A stretch of 63,045 bases of DNA, counting the filler. It is 4 parts of 4 records of this genome, joined end to end, with 100 filler letters (N's around TTAATTAATTAA, not from the genome) between each part and the next. Parts side by side here need not be neighbours in the genome. Positions count along the whole stretch, not along the records: positions 16,951 to 38,318 come from SRR2962707_4849; positions 38,419 to 46,934 come from SRR2962707_4850; 2 more parts are not named here. One strand, 5' to 3'. Below, piece after piece: positions 29,905-38,524 of this stretch. The position numbers and the translations under genes are program-made. Within the stretch, counting starts at the first letter, position 1, and every line of letters begins with the position of its first letter. Under the pieces are notes generated by a model. The model made no database searches, was not told where the DNA came from, and saw only the letters and a program-made list of their open reading frames with translations.

Positions 29905-30555
29905 ATGACCCGGATACTGATCGCCGACGACCACCCTCTGTTTCGCGCCGCGTTGCGCCAGGCGGTGGCAAGCAGCTTTGCCGATGCCCGTATTATCGAA
30001 GCGGATTCCCTGGCGGCGCTGGAGCGCCTGGGCCAGGACGAGGCCGTGTTCGATCTGATCCTGCTGGATCTGCACATGCCGGGCACGCACGGTTTTTCCG
30101 GGCTCGTCTATCTGCGTGACATCTATCAACGGGTGCCCCTGGCAGTGATTTCCGCCAACGAAGAGGTCGCCGTGATTCAACGGGCCCTGCACTTCGGCGC
30201 GGACGGCTTCATTCCCAAATCCGCCTCGGTGGACGCCATGACCGAAGCGCTGGAAAGAATCATGAACGGCGAACGCTGGGTACCGGAAAAAGCCCGCGGC
30301 CCCCGCCCTCCTGACCTCGCCGACTACACCGCCATGCGCGAGCGCATCACCAGTCTGACGCCGCAACAATTCCGCGTCATGGGCATGTTACTGGAAGGCA
30401 TGCAGAATAAAGTGATCGCTTACGAACTGGATGTCTCCGAAGCCACGGTCAAGGCACACATGACCGCCATCTTCCGCAAACTCGGCGTCCGCAACCGGAC
30501 CCAGGCGGTGCTGGCATTGAAAGACCTTGCCATCGAGCCCCCCGGCGATCTCTGA
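29905..30555 (+). CDS. NarL/LuxR response regulator, CrbR/ErdR-like
   Basis: IADDHPLFR, LLDLHMPG, GFIPKS, LTPQQFRV..NKVIAYELDVSEATVKAH; convergent with the CrbS-like kinase. Confidence 0.9.
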   Translation: MTRILIADDHPLFRAALRQAVASSFADARIIEADSLAALERLGQDEAVFDLILLDLHMPGTHGFSGLVYLRDIYQRVPLAVISANEEVAVIQRALHFGADGFIPKSASVDAMTEALERIMNGERWVPEKARGPRPPDLADYTAMRERITSLTPQQFRVMGMLLEGMQNKVIAYELDVSEATVKAHMTAIFRKLGVRNRTQAVLALKDLAIEPPGDL

Positions 30556-30556
30556 T

Positions 30557-33500
30557 TCACAGCGCCCGCAGCACCGCCAGCAAGGCGTCCTGATTGACCG
30601 GCTTCTGCAGAAACTGCACGCCCATCTCTTCCGCCATGGTGCGGATCTCCGGCCGCCGGTCCGCGGTAATCAAAACCGCCGGCACCACATCGTCCCAATA
30701 GCCGTCCAGCGCCTCGATAACCTGAAAACCGGTCTCGCCATGGTCCAGTTGATAATCCACCACCAGCAAATCCGGCGCCGGCTGATTTTTCGCCTTTTCT
30801 ATCGCCTCGCCTACGGAACCCGCCACCACCGGTTCACACCCCAGTGCGCGGAATAACGCTTCCAGACTGGCCAGCAAGGCGGCGTCATTATCAACGCAGA
30901 ACACCCGCATGCCCTGAATATCCCTCTGCGGCTCCTCGATGACGTCCACCGGAGCGGTCATCGGCGTTTGCGACCGGATTCGTGGCACCGAGACACTGAA
31001 CACGGTGCCCTTGTCCGGCCAGGAGCGTACCGTCAATGGATGCTCCAGCAGCCGGCAAATGCGGTCCGCGATCGCCAGCCCCAGCCCCAGCCCCTTCACC
31101 TGCCGTCGCCCCTGCTGCGGCAAGCGCAGAAACTCCCGGAACACCTGGGTCAGTTGGTCCTCGGGAATACCCGGCCCGGTATCCCAGATCTCGATACGGA
31201 CCCAGTCGCCATCGCGGCGGCAACCAAACAACACCTTGCCTCGATCGGTATAGCGCACCGCGTTGGATAGCAGATTCTGCAGCACTCGCCGCAGCAAAGT
31301 GGGATCGGTGCGCACCTCCACGTCCGGCGCCACAAGACGCAGGCTCAGCGCCTGATCCCGCGCCAACACGCCAAATTCCTGTCCCAACTGCGACATCAGG
31401 GGCCGTAAACTCACCGGCGCCGGATGGGAAGGCATGGTGCCGGTGTCCAGCCGGCTGATCTCAAGCAAGGCGGAGATGATTTGCTCGGCGGCCTGCAACG
31501 AGCTGTCGATATGCCCCAGCACTTCTGTTTCGTAGGCAAAATCCTCTTCCTTGCGGCTCAGCCGTTGCCCCAGGGAAGAAACAAACAAGTGCGCCGCGTT
31601 GAGCGGTTGCATCAGGTCATGGCCGGCAGCGGCCAGAAACCGTGTCTTGCCTTCATTGGCCTGCTCCAGCTTGGCGTTCAATTCCGATAGCCGGCGGGTC
31701 CGCTCGGACACCATCTGTTCCAGATTCTCGTTGATCTGCCGCAGCGCTATTTCGTCACGCTTTCGTTCGGTCACATCCATATAGGTACTGACGAAACCGC
31801 CCCCTTCCATGGGGTTGCCACGCACTTCCACCACCACACCATTGGGCAACTCCCGCTCGAAGCGATGAGCATGCCCCTCCCGCAGCAACTGCACCCTTTT
31901 ATTGACGTCCTCTTCCAGATCATCGCCATCATAAAAGCCACGCCCCGCGTTATAGCGGTATACCTCTTCGATCGGCCTACCGAGACGAATCAGCCCCTCC
32001 GGGTACTCGAACATACGCACATAAGCCTGATTCCAGGCCACCACGTTCAGGTCCCGGTCCACCACGCAAATACCCTGACTGATGGTCTCGATGGTGGTGC
32101 GCAGCAGTTGATGATTGAACTGAATCAGCTGGGACGCCTCGTCCATGATCCGCACCATCTCATCATGGCGCACATTTTGTTTGCTCAGCAGAGAGCCCAT
32201 CACGATACGCGCGGTGGACGCTCCCATGGCGCCGGCCAGCAACCGCTCCACATAACGCACCAGATGCAACGGCGCCGGCAATTGCAGGTCCGCCGGCACC
32301 TGACGCCGCTCCAGATAATCGAAGAACAAGGTCCGCGCGCGCGGGTGCCCCAACCCTCTCTCACACACCTGCAACAGCTCCGCCGTGGAGATCAGCGGAT
32401 GCCCCATCTTCTCCCGCCACCAATCCGTGGGAGTATCGACAAACCGGGTAGCCTGGGTTTCATCCAGCGCCTCACGAAACGAGCGCCGGGAAAAATAGAT
32501 ATAGGCGGCCAGATTCAGACTGAGACTCCAGAACACGCCATGGGTCAACGGATCCAGCCCCTCGATACCAAACAGGGCGTGAGGCCGCAGCACACCAAGA
32601 CCGAGCAGCCCATGAAGGTTGAGCCAGTCCACCGCCGGATCCGGCAGCATCAGCGGCAACAACAGACAGTACAGCCAGATCACGAAACCAACGATCATGC
32701 CGATAAAGGCACCGGCGCGGTGTCCTTTGTGCCAATACAACCCACCCAGCAGCGCCGGCGCGAACTGCGCCACCGCGGCGAAGGAAATCAGCCCCAGGTG
32801 GGCCAGCCCCTGAATGCGATCGATGATGGTGTGGAACAGAAACGCCAGGATCAGCAACAGCACGATGCTGAGACGGCGGAGAAAACGCAGCTGCCCGCTC
32901 AGATCGGACAGTTCTTCCTTGCCCTGGATGCGGTATTGCACCCAGGCAGGCAGCAGAATTTCGTTGGTCAACATGATCGCCAAAGCGATGGTCGAGACAA
33001 TCACCATACCCGTGGCGGCGGCGATACCGCCGATAAAGGACACCAACAACAGCCCATGGTTGCCAGTGGCCATGGGCAACGACAACATGAACATGTCTTC
33101 CTTGGTGCCGGGCGGCAGCATCTGCAACCCCGCCGCCACGATCGGCAGCACGAACACCGCGAACAGCAGAAGATACAACGGCAATACCCAGCGGCTGCTG
33201 CGCAGATGACGAAGATCGTTGTTCTCCACCACTCCCACATGGAACTGCCGGGGCAGGCAAATGATGGCCAGCATCGACAACAACAACGCGGTAACGAATC
33301 CCTGGGAGAACAGGGTGGGTTCGAACAGCCCCCGAATGGTGGCGTCAGTGGTGACCCGATTCCACAGATCGAAAGGGCCACTGTAGATACCGAACAGGCA
33401 AAACAATCCGACAATGACGAAGGACACCAGCTTGACGAAGGATTCGAAGCTGACCGCCAGCATCAGTCCGGATTGGTGCTCGGTGGCGTCGATGTGACGG

Positions 33501-34021
33501 GTACCGAACAACAAGGTGAACAATGCCATCAGTGCGGTGACCACTAAAGCGGTATCCAGCGGTGGCGACACATCCGCCCCCAGCACGTGCTCGAACGACA
33601 AGGTCACCGCCTTCAACTGCAAGGCGATGTAGGGCAGGACGCCGATGATGGCCACCAACGTGACCAGCACCGCCAACTGGCGTGACTTGCCGTAACGGGC
33701 GGCCAGGAAGTCGGCAATGGAAGTAATGTGGTGCTGTTTGCCCACCGACACCAGCTTGTAGACCAGCGCGGCGCCGAACAGCACGGTGATGATGGGGCCC
33801 AGGTAAATAGGCAGGTAGGTCCAGCCGCGCTGGGCGGCTTCCCCCACGGCGCCATAAAACGTCCATGAGGTGCAGTACACCCCCAGAGCCAGACTGTAAC
33901 TCCAGGGATTGTTGACCACCCGCAGGCCGCGCCGCTCGGCACGGTCTCCCCACCAGGCGATGACAAACAGAATCAGAACATACAGCAGCGCCAGGCCGCC
34001 CAACTGCCACAGAGAAACCAC
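30557..34021 (-). CDS. SLC5/SSS-STAC-PAS hybrid histidine kinase, CrbS/MxtR-like
   Basis: YSLALGVYCTSWTFYG, PYIALQLKA, LPRQFHV, PAS, KTRFLAAAGHDLMQPL, DTGPGI, C-terminal receiver; GTG start after GGAGG. Confidence 0.92.
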   Translation of the reverse strand: MVSLWQLGGLALLYVLILFVIAWWGDRAERRGLRVVNNPWSYSLALGVYCTSWTFYGAVGEAAQRGWTYLPIYLGPIITVLFGAALVYKLVSVGKQHHITSIADFLAARYGKSRQLAVLVTLVAIIGVLPYIALQLKAVTLSFEHVLGADVSPPLDTALVVTALMALFTLLFGTRHIDATEHQSGLMLAVSFESFVKLVSFVIVGLFCLFGIYSGPFDLWNRVTTDATIRGLFEPTLFSQGFVTALLLSMLAIICLPRQFHVGVVENNDLRHLRSSRWVLPLYLLLFAVFVLPIVAAGLQMLPPGTKEDMFMLSLPMATGNHGLLLVSFIGGIAAATGMVIVSTIALAIMLTNEILLPAWVQYRIQGKEELSDLSGQLRFLRRLSIVLLLILAFLFHTIIDRIQGLAHLGLISFAAVAQFAPALLGGLYWHKGHRAGAFIGMIVGFVIWLYCLLLPLMLPDPAVDWLNLHGLLGLGVLRPHALFGIEGLDPLTHGVFWSLSLNLAAYIYFSRRSFREALDETQATRFVDTPTDWWREKMGHPLISTAELLQVCERGLGHPRARTLFFDYLERRQVPADLQLPAPLHLVRYVERLLAGAMGASTARIVMGSLLSKQNVRHDEMVRIMDEASQLIQFNHQLLRTTIETISQGICVVDRDLNVVAWNQAYVRMFEYPEGLIRLGRPIEEVYRYNAGRGFYDGDDLEEDVNKRVQLLREGHAHRFERELPNGVVVEVRGNPMEGGGFVSTYMDVTERKRDEIALRQINENLEQMVSERTRRLSELNAKLEQANEGKTRFLAAAGHDLMQPLNAAHLFVSSLGQRLSRKEEDFAYETEVLGHIDSSLQAAEQIISALLEISRLDTGTMPSHPAPVSLRPLMSQLGQEFGVLARDQALSLRLVAPDVEVRTDPTLLRRVLQNLLSNAVRYTDRGKVLFGCRRDGDWVRIEIWDTGPGIPEDQLTQVFREFLRLPQQGRRQVKGLGLGLAIADRICRLLEHPLTVRSWPDKGTVFSVSVPRIRSQTPMTAPVDVIEEPQRDIQGMRVFCVDNDAALLASLEALFRALGCEPVVAGSVGEAIEKAKNQPAPDLLVVDYQLDHGETGFQVIEALDGYWDDVVPAVLITADRRPEIRTMAEEMGVQFLQKPVNQDALLAVLRAL

Positions 34022-34129
34022 CTTGCCTCCGACTACACCAACCACACGCGGCCAACCTGCCGACGTCTCTCAGCGTGGGCACGAAGCCGCTGTACGAGCT
34101 TGGTCCGGGCGGCGGGCCACTGCCAAACA

Positions 34130-34351
34130 TCACCACAGCATCAAGGCACGCGCGAAGCGAATCACCACCGCCAGCAATAATAACAATACACCCGCGCGCT
34201 GCGCCTTGAACTCCGCCACCGACAGCGCCATGCCACGGGCCCAGAAGCGTGCCACGCCGCGCCAATCCCCGGTGCGACGCCAATAGTGCGCATAGGCACC
34301 CAGGACAATCAACAGCCCCAGGGTCAACAATGTGGTTTCCAAATACACCAT
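34130..34351 (-). CDS. Small 2-TM hypothetical protein
   Basis: 73 aa, strong AAGGAGG RBS, two hydrophobic segments. Confidence 0.65.
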   Translation of the reverse strand: MVYLETTLLTLGLLIVLGAYAHYWRRTGDWRGVARFWARGMALSVAEFKAQRAGVLLLLLAVVIRFARALMLW

Positions 34352-34377
34352 GGTTTACCCCTCCTTACTAGCACCGC

Positions 34378-34983
34378 TCAGCTCTTTTCCATCAATCTGG
34401 TGTACATCAGCGCGGCCGTGGTGGCATCACCGCGAGCGCTGTGTCTGCCCATAACCGGAACCCCCAAGTCCGCCGCCACCTGCTCAAAACGCAAATCCGC
34501 CACCTGCTCGGGCTGACGATGGCGCAGACGCTTCTGGTACAGATTGCTCAACTCGATACGGCGATTGGGGATCTCAAAACCAAACAGGGTTTTCGTATAA
34601 CGATTGAGAATGGCCATATCAAAGCTCAGACACCAACCCACCAGAGGCCGGTTATCAATAAAGGCGAGCAGTTGTTCCAATACCCGGCGGACATCACCGC
34701 CCTCACGTAAATCCACCGGCCGCAAACGATGAATACGAATCGACGTGGCATCCAGAGAGGCCGGCGCCTGAAGATGCAAGTTCAACGCGGCCCCCGCCCT
34801 CACTCGCCCGTGACTGATGGGCACCGCCGCCACCGATACCAGTTCCGCGCGGCGAACATCCAGCCCGGTGGTTTCGCAATCAATCGCCACCAGCTCATCC
34901 GCATCCGCCGGCAACTCGAACATATGAGAGAAGGGACCGTCGCCGTGCCGGTGGCGTTGCCAGATGCGCTTCAATGTATGCAT
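34378..34983 (-). CDS. DEDDh 3'-5' exonuclease-family protein (DUF294-associated)
   Basis: AIDCETTGLD, SIRIHRLR, FDMAIL, HSARGDA. Confidence 0.9.
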   Translation of the reverse strand: MHTLKRIWQRHRHGDGPFSHMFELPADADELVAIDCETTGLDVRRAELVSVAAVPISHGRVRAGAALNLHLQAPASLDATSIRIHRLRPVDLREGGDVRRVLEQLLAFIDNRPLVGWCLSFDMAILNRYTKTLFGFEIPNRRIELSNLYQKRLRHRQPEQVADLRFEQVAADLGVPVMGRHSARGDATTAALMYTRLMEKS

Positions 34984-35039
34984 GGTTCAGTACTCCGGAT
35001 TCGGTGCTCTGGATTCAGTATTCAAGATTCAGTACTCAA
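34984..35039. repeat. Four degenerate 14-bp tandem repeats
   Basis: GGTTCAGTACTCCG GATTCGGTGCTCTG GATTCAGTATTCAA GATTCAGTACTCAA. Confidence 0.75.
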
Positions 35040-36843
35040 GATGGAAACGGCGACTCAGACTTTTCTTGAAATCATTGACCACATGCAAGGCGTCGCGCAG
35101 CATATCCCGCTCCAGAGACGACAAGCCTGCGACACTGACCTGATTACCGGCTTGCAATGCGGCCCCGGGCGCGGACAGGTATTTGATCTGCTGCCGCAGC
35201 CGCAGCTCCGAAAATACAGCCAGCGCTCCACCAAGATCATCGGCCACTTCCGCCTCCAGATGACCGGCATCGACCAGACGCGCCATTCTGGACAGAGTAT
35301 TGGTTTCCCGTATGCGATAACGCAGGCTCAACGCCCGCACCCCATGAACCAACGGGAAAACACCGCCCTTCTTGATATCAAGGGTTTGATCACGAGTCTT
35401 GAGCGTACCGAACAAGGTCAGAGGTGTGGCGAAATGCAAAACGGGACGGGCAAACTGGGACAATAGAATTTCATCGTGACTGCAATGCTCGAACAACAAG
35501 TCCCGCAATCGTTCCACCAAACGCACCTGCCCCGCCACCGGATGAGCATCGGCCAGAATCGCCAGCCGCATCATAGCGGCGTCATCGCCTTGCCCCACCC
35601 AACGCCGGATACGCCGGCGCCAATCGGTCAACGTACCCACCCACTCCGGATTCGACGCCATAATGCCGCCTGGGCAACGGGGGTAACCCAGACGCACCAG
35701 AGTATCGGTAAAAGCACGGGAAAGATCGCGTAGTTCCGGCCAGTTCAGATCCTCTTCCAGAATCAGGCCATTATCCTGATCGGTTTTCAGTATCTGCTCG
35801 CCACGTCCTTCGCTGCCAAACACCATAAGACAACACTGCATCGCCCTCGTCCGGGGCATCAGAAACTCAAAGGCACGGGCAATAATGCGGCCGTTGAGCG
35901 CCGCCATCAGTTCCATGGCGAAACGCATGCGCACGCCCTGAGCCATCAGCGCCTGTACTAACTCAGGCAGACGGGCACTGGCCAATACCAGGGCGTCCAT
36001 ATCCTCCGCCCGCTCCACTTCCAGCCCCACCACATAGGAGCGACTGGAAAAGAAACTGAGCACATCCGGCAGTTCCACCACGCCCAAGGCCCGGCCCTCC
36101 GCCATCACCACCACCCGGGTCACCTGATGCCGGGTCATGCGTACCAGGGCGGCGAACAGGAATTCATCCAGATCAACGGTTACCAGGGCAAACGACGCCA
36201 ATCCCAACGCCGGGCTTCGCGGAGTCAGCCCTTCCTCCACCAGTCCACGCAGCAAATCGGTTTTGGTGATCACCCCAACCTGGCCGCCCGCTTCCAATAA
36301 CAAGCTGTCGACACCATGCCGGGTCAGTTCCGTGGCCGCATCGCCAATAGTCCCGTCCGCAGGCAGCAACACCGGCTCGCGCATGCACTCACTGACGCGC
36401 GCCAACATGAATCCGGCCAAGGTGACGCCGCCTTCGCGCCGCTCCGCCAGCAGCTGACTCTTTGCCGCCAACCTCGCCTGGAAGTAATCCGCGAAGGCGG
36501 GTTCTTCATTACACAGAGCCTGAAACAGCTCCGCCGGAATCAAATAGCAAAGCGCTTCTTCCTCCACCTTGAACCGGTAACGGCTGGTGCCGTTGAAGAC
36601 GGTGATGGCGCCGAACAGATCATCATCGGTATAGACCGCAATCCGCGCCGACGCCTCCGGAGCACGGGGGTCCATCTCCACCACCACGCCTTTGTGGACC
36701 ACATAGACATAGTCGGTGGCATCACCGGCGTCGAGAATCACGGTTCCGGCGGACAGAAACGTCATTTCCACCGCCTGGCGCAAACGGTCACGGCCCTGTT
36801 TTCCCAACAGGGAGAACGGCAATTGCTCGAAGTTCAGATCCAC
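35029..36843 (-). CDS. cNMP-binding/CBS/DUF294 nucleotidyltransferase-like protein
   Basis: cNMP-like N-terminus, CBS pair, FGSEGRGEQILKTDQDNGL NTase motif, CPGGIMASNPEW, LDIKKGGVFPLVHGVR. Confidence 0.92.
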   Translation of the reverse strand: MDLNFEQLPFSLLGKQGRDRLRQAVEMTFLSAGTVILDAGDATDYVYVVHKGVVVEMDPRAPEASARIAVYTDDDLFGAITVFNGTSRYRFKVEEEALCYLIPAELFQALCNEEPAFADYFQARLAAKSQLLAERREGGVTLAGFMLARVSECMREPVLLPADGTIGDAATELTRHGVDSLLLEAGGQVGVITKTDLLRGLVEEGLTPRSPALGLASFALVTVDLDEFLFAALVRMTRHQVTRVVVMAEGRALGVVELPDVLSFFSSRSYVVGLEVERAEDMDALVLASARLPELVQALMAQGVRMRFAMELMAALNGRIIARAFEFLMPRTRAMQCCLMVFGSEGRGEQILKTDQDNGLILEEDLNWPELRDLSRAFTDTLVRLGYPRCPGGIMASNPEWVGTLTDWRRRIRRWVGQGDDAAMMRLAILADAHPVAGQVRLVERLRDLLFEHCSHDEILLSQFARPVLHFATPLTLFGTLKTRDQTLDIKKGGVFPLVHGVRALSLRYRIRETNTLSRMARLVDAGHLEAEVADDLGGALAVFSELRLRQQIKYLSAPGAALQAGNQVSVAGLSSLERDMLRDALHVVNDFKKSLSRRFHLEY

Positions 36844-36970
36844 TTTTGCCCTGTCCTCCCGGAATCCCATTCCTCCACGGAACGGGCCTACCGGATAAGC
36901 CATCCGGATAAACCAACCCTTGGATTGGCTTATCACGATGACCTGACTTTATAACAGTGCCCTGTTAGAC

Positions 36971-37001
36971 GAAGAAGGGCGGAGCGCATCGCACCCCGCC
37001 C
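36971..37001 (-). terminator. Hairpin/terminator after actP
   Basis: Minus strand GGGCGGGGTGC-GAT-GCGCTCCGCCC-TTCTTC. Confidence 0.6.
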
Positions 37002-37027
37002 CCCGGTTTTCGTTCCTGATCCCGTGA

Positions 37028-38318
37028 TCAGTGTTGTACCGCCGCGCCCGCGCCACGAGGCACTCGAATATCCTCGACAATATGCTGGATGTGCTCCGGC
37101 GGTGCCTGGGTAACCCGGGATACCGCGAACGCCACCACAAAGTTGAGGATCATGCCGACGGTGCCGATCCCTTCCGGAGAGACACCGAACAACCAGTTAT
37201 CGGCCGTGTTCAGTTCCGGTGAGATGAACTTGAAGTAGACGATATAGCCAAAGGTGAAAGCCAGCCCCACCAGCATGCCGGCAATCGCCCCCTCCTTGTT
37301 CATGCGTCGATAGAAGATACCCATCAGAATCACCGGGAAGAAACTGGCCGCCGCCAACCCGAAGGCAAAGGCCACCACCTGGGCGACGAAACCCGGTGGA
37401 TTAATGCCGAAGTAGCCGGCGATAATAATGGCGACGACGGCCGCGAGCCGCGCCGCCAGCAGTTCCTGCTTCTCGGTGATCCCGGGTACCAGCGTTTTCT
37501 TCAAAAGGTCATGAGAAATGGCCGACGATATCACCAGCAACAACCCGGCCGCCGTCGACAAGGCCGCGGCCACGCCGCCGGCCGCCACCAGAGCGATCAC
37601 CCAGGCCGGCAAATTACCGATTTCCGGGTTGGCCAGAACGATAATGTCTCGGTCAATGTAAACTTCGGAGGCATTATCAGTGGGAGTATTGGTCAGCACA
37701 CGCTCCCCTTGTGCACCGGAGGCCTCCTCGCGGGAGCCGGAGAAAGTCGGCTTGCCCTCGAACGGAGCGCCCGCGGCCATCTGTACACGTCCGTCGTTGT
37801 TCTTGTCCATCCAGCCGATCAAACCGGAGTTCTCCCAGTTATAGAACCAGCCGGGCAGCTCTTTGTATTCCGTGCCGTTCACGGTTTCGATCAGATTGGT
37901 ACGCGCGAAGGCCCCTACCGCCGGAGCGGAGGTGTACAACAGGGCGATGAAGAACAGGGCCCAGCCGGCACTGATCCGGGCATCACGTACACGCGGTACA
38001 GTGAAGAAACGCACGATAACGTGAGGCAGGCCGGCGGTCCCGCACATCAGGGCGGCGGTGATGAAGAACACGTCGATGGTGGATTTGCTGCCGTCGGTAT
38101 AGGCGCCGAAGCCAAGCTCCTGAACCACCTGATCCAGGCGTTCCAGAAGATAGACGCCAGTGTCGTTACCGGAGGCATCCAACACGGTGGCGCCAAAGCC
38201 TGTTTGTGGCAGTACGTGTCCGGTCATCATGATGGACAGGAATACCGCCGGCACCAGGAAAGCGAAAATCAGCACGCAATACTGAGCGACCTGAGTGTAG
38301 GTAATGCCTTTCATGCCA
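37028..38318 (-). CDS. actP: Cation/acetate symporter (SSS family), 5' truncated
   Basis: GMKGITYTQVAQY, GTAGLPHVIVRFFTVP, AAALSTAAGLLL, VAFAFGLAAASFFP, VEDIRVPRGA. Confidence 0.88.
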
Positions 38319-38418
38319 NNNNNNNNNNNNNNNNNNNNNNNNNNNNNNNNNNNNNNNNNNNNTTAATTAATTAANNNNNNNNNNNNNNNNNNNNNNNNNN
38401 NNNNNNNNNNNNNNNNNN
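38319..38418. other. Artificial contig-join spacer
   Basis: 44 N + TTAATTAATTAA + 44 N. Confidence 0.99.
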
Positions 38419-38450
38419 CGTTCGTTCGTTCGTTCGTTCGTCCGTTCGCT
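38419..38450. repeat. (CGTT)n microsatellite at contig start
   Basis: CGTTCGTTCGTTCGTTCGTTCGTCCGTTCGCT. Confidence 0.9.
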
Positions 38451-38524
38451 CGTCTGCGCATTGGTGAATCTTCCGGCACGTGCTTTCTGTTTCTTCTGCC
38501 TTGGAGTTTGTGTGAAAAAGAACG

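Noticed and set aside
34378-36843. Nucleotidyltransferase plus nuclease as a CBASS or toxin-antitoxin defence system
   Set aside because: The cNMP-CBS-DUF294 architecture and linkage to actP/CrbS indicate metabolic regulation; no CD-NTase effector or HEPN gene.
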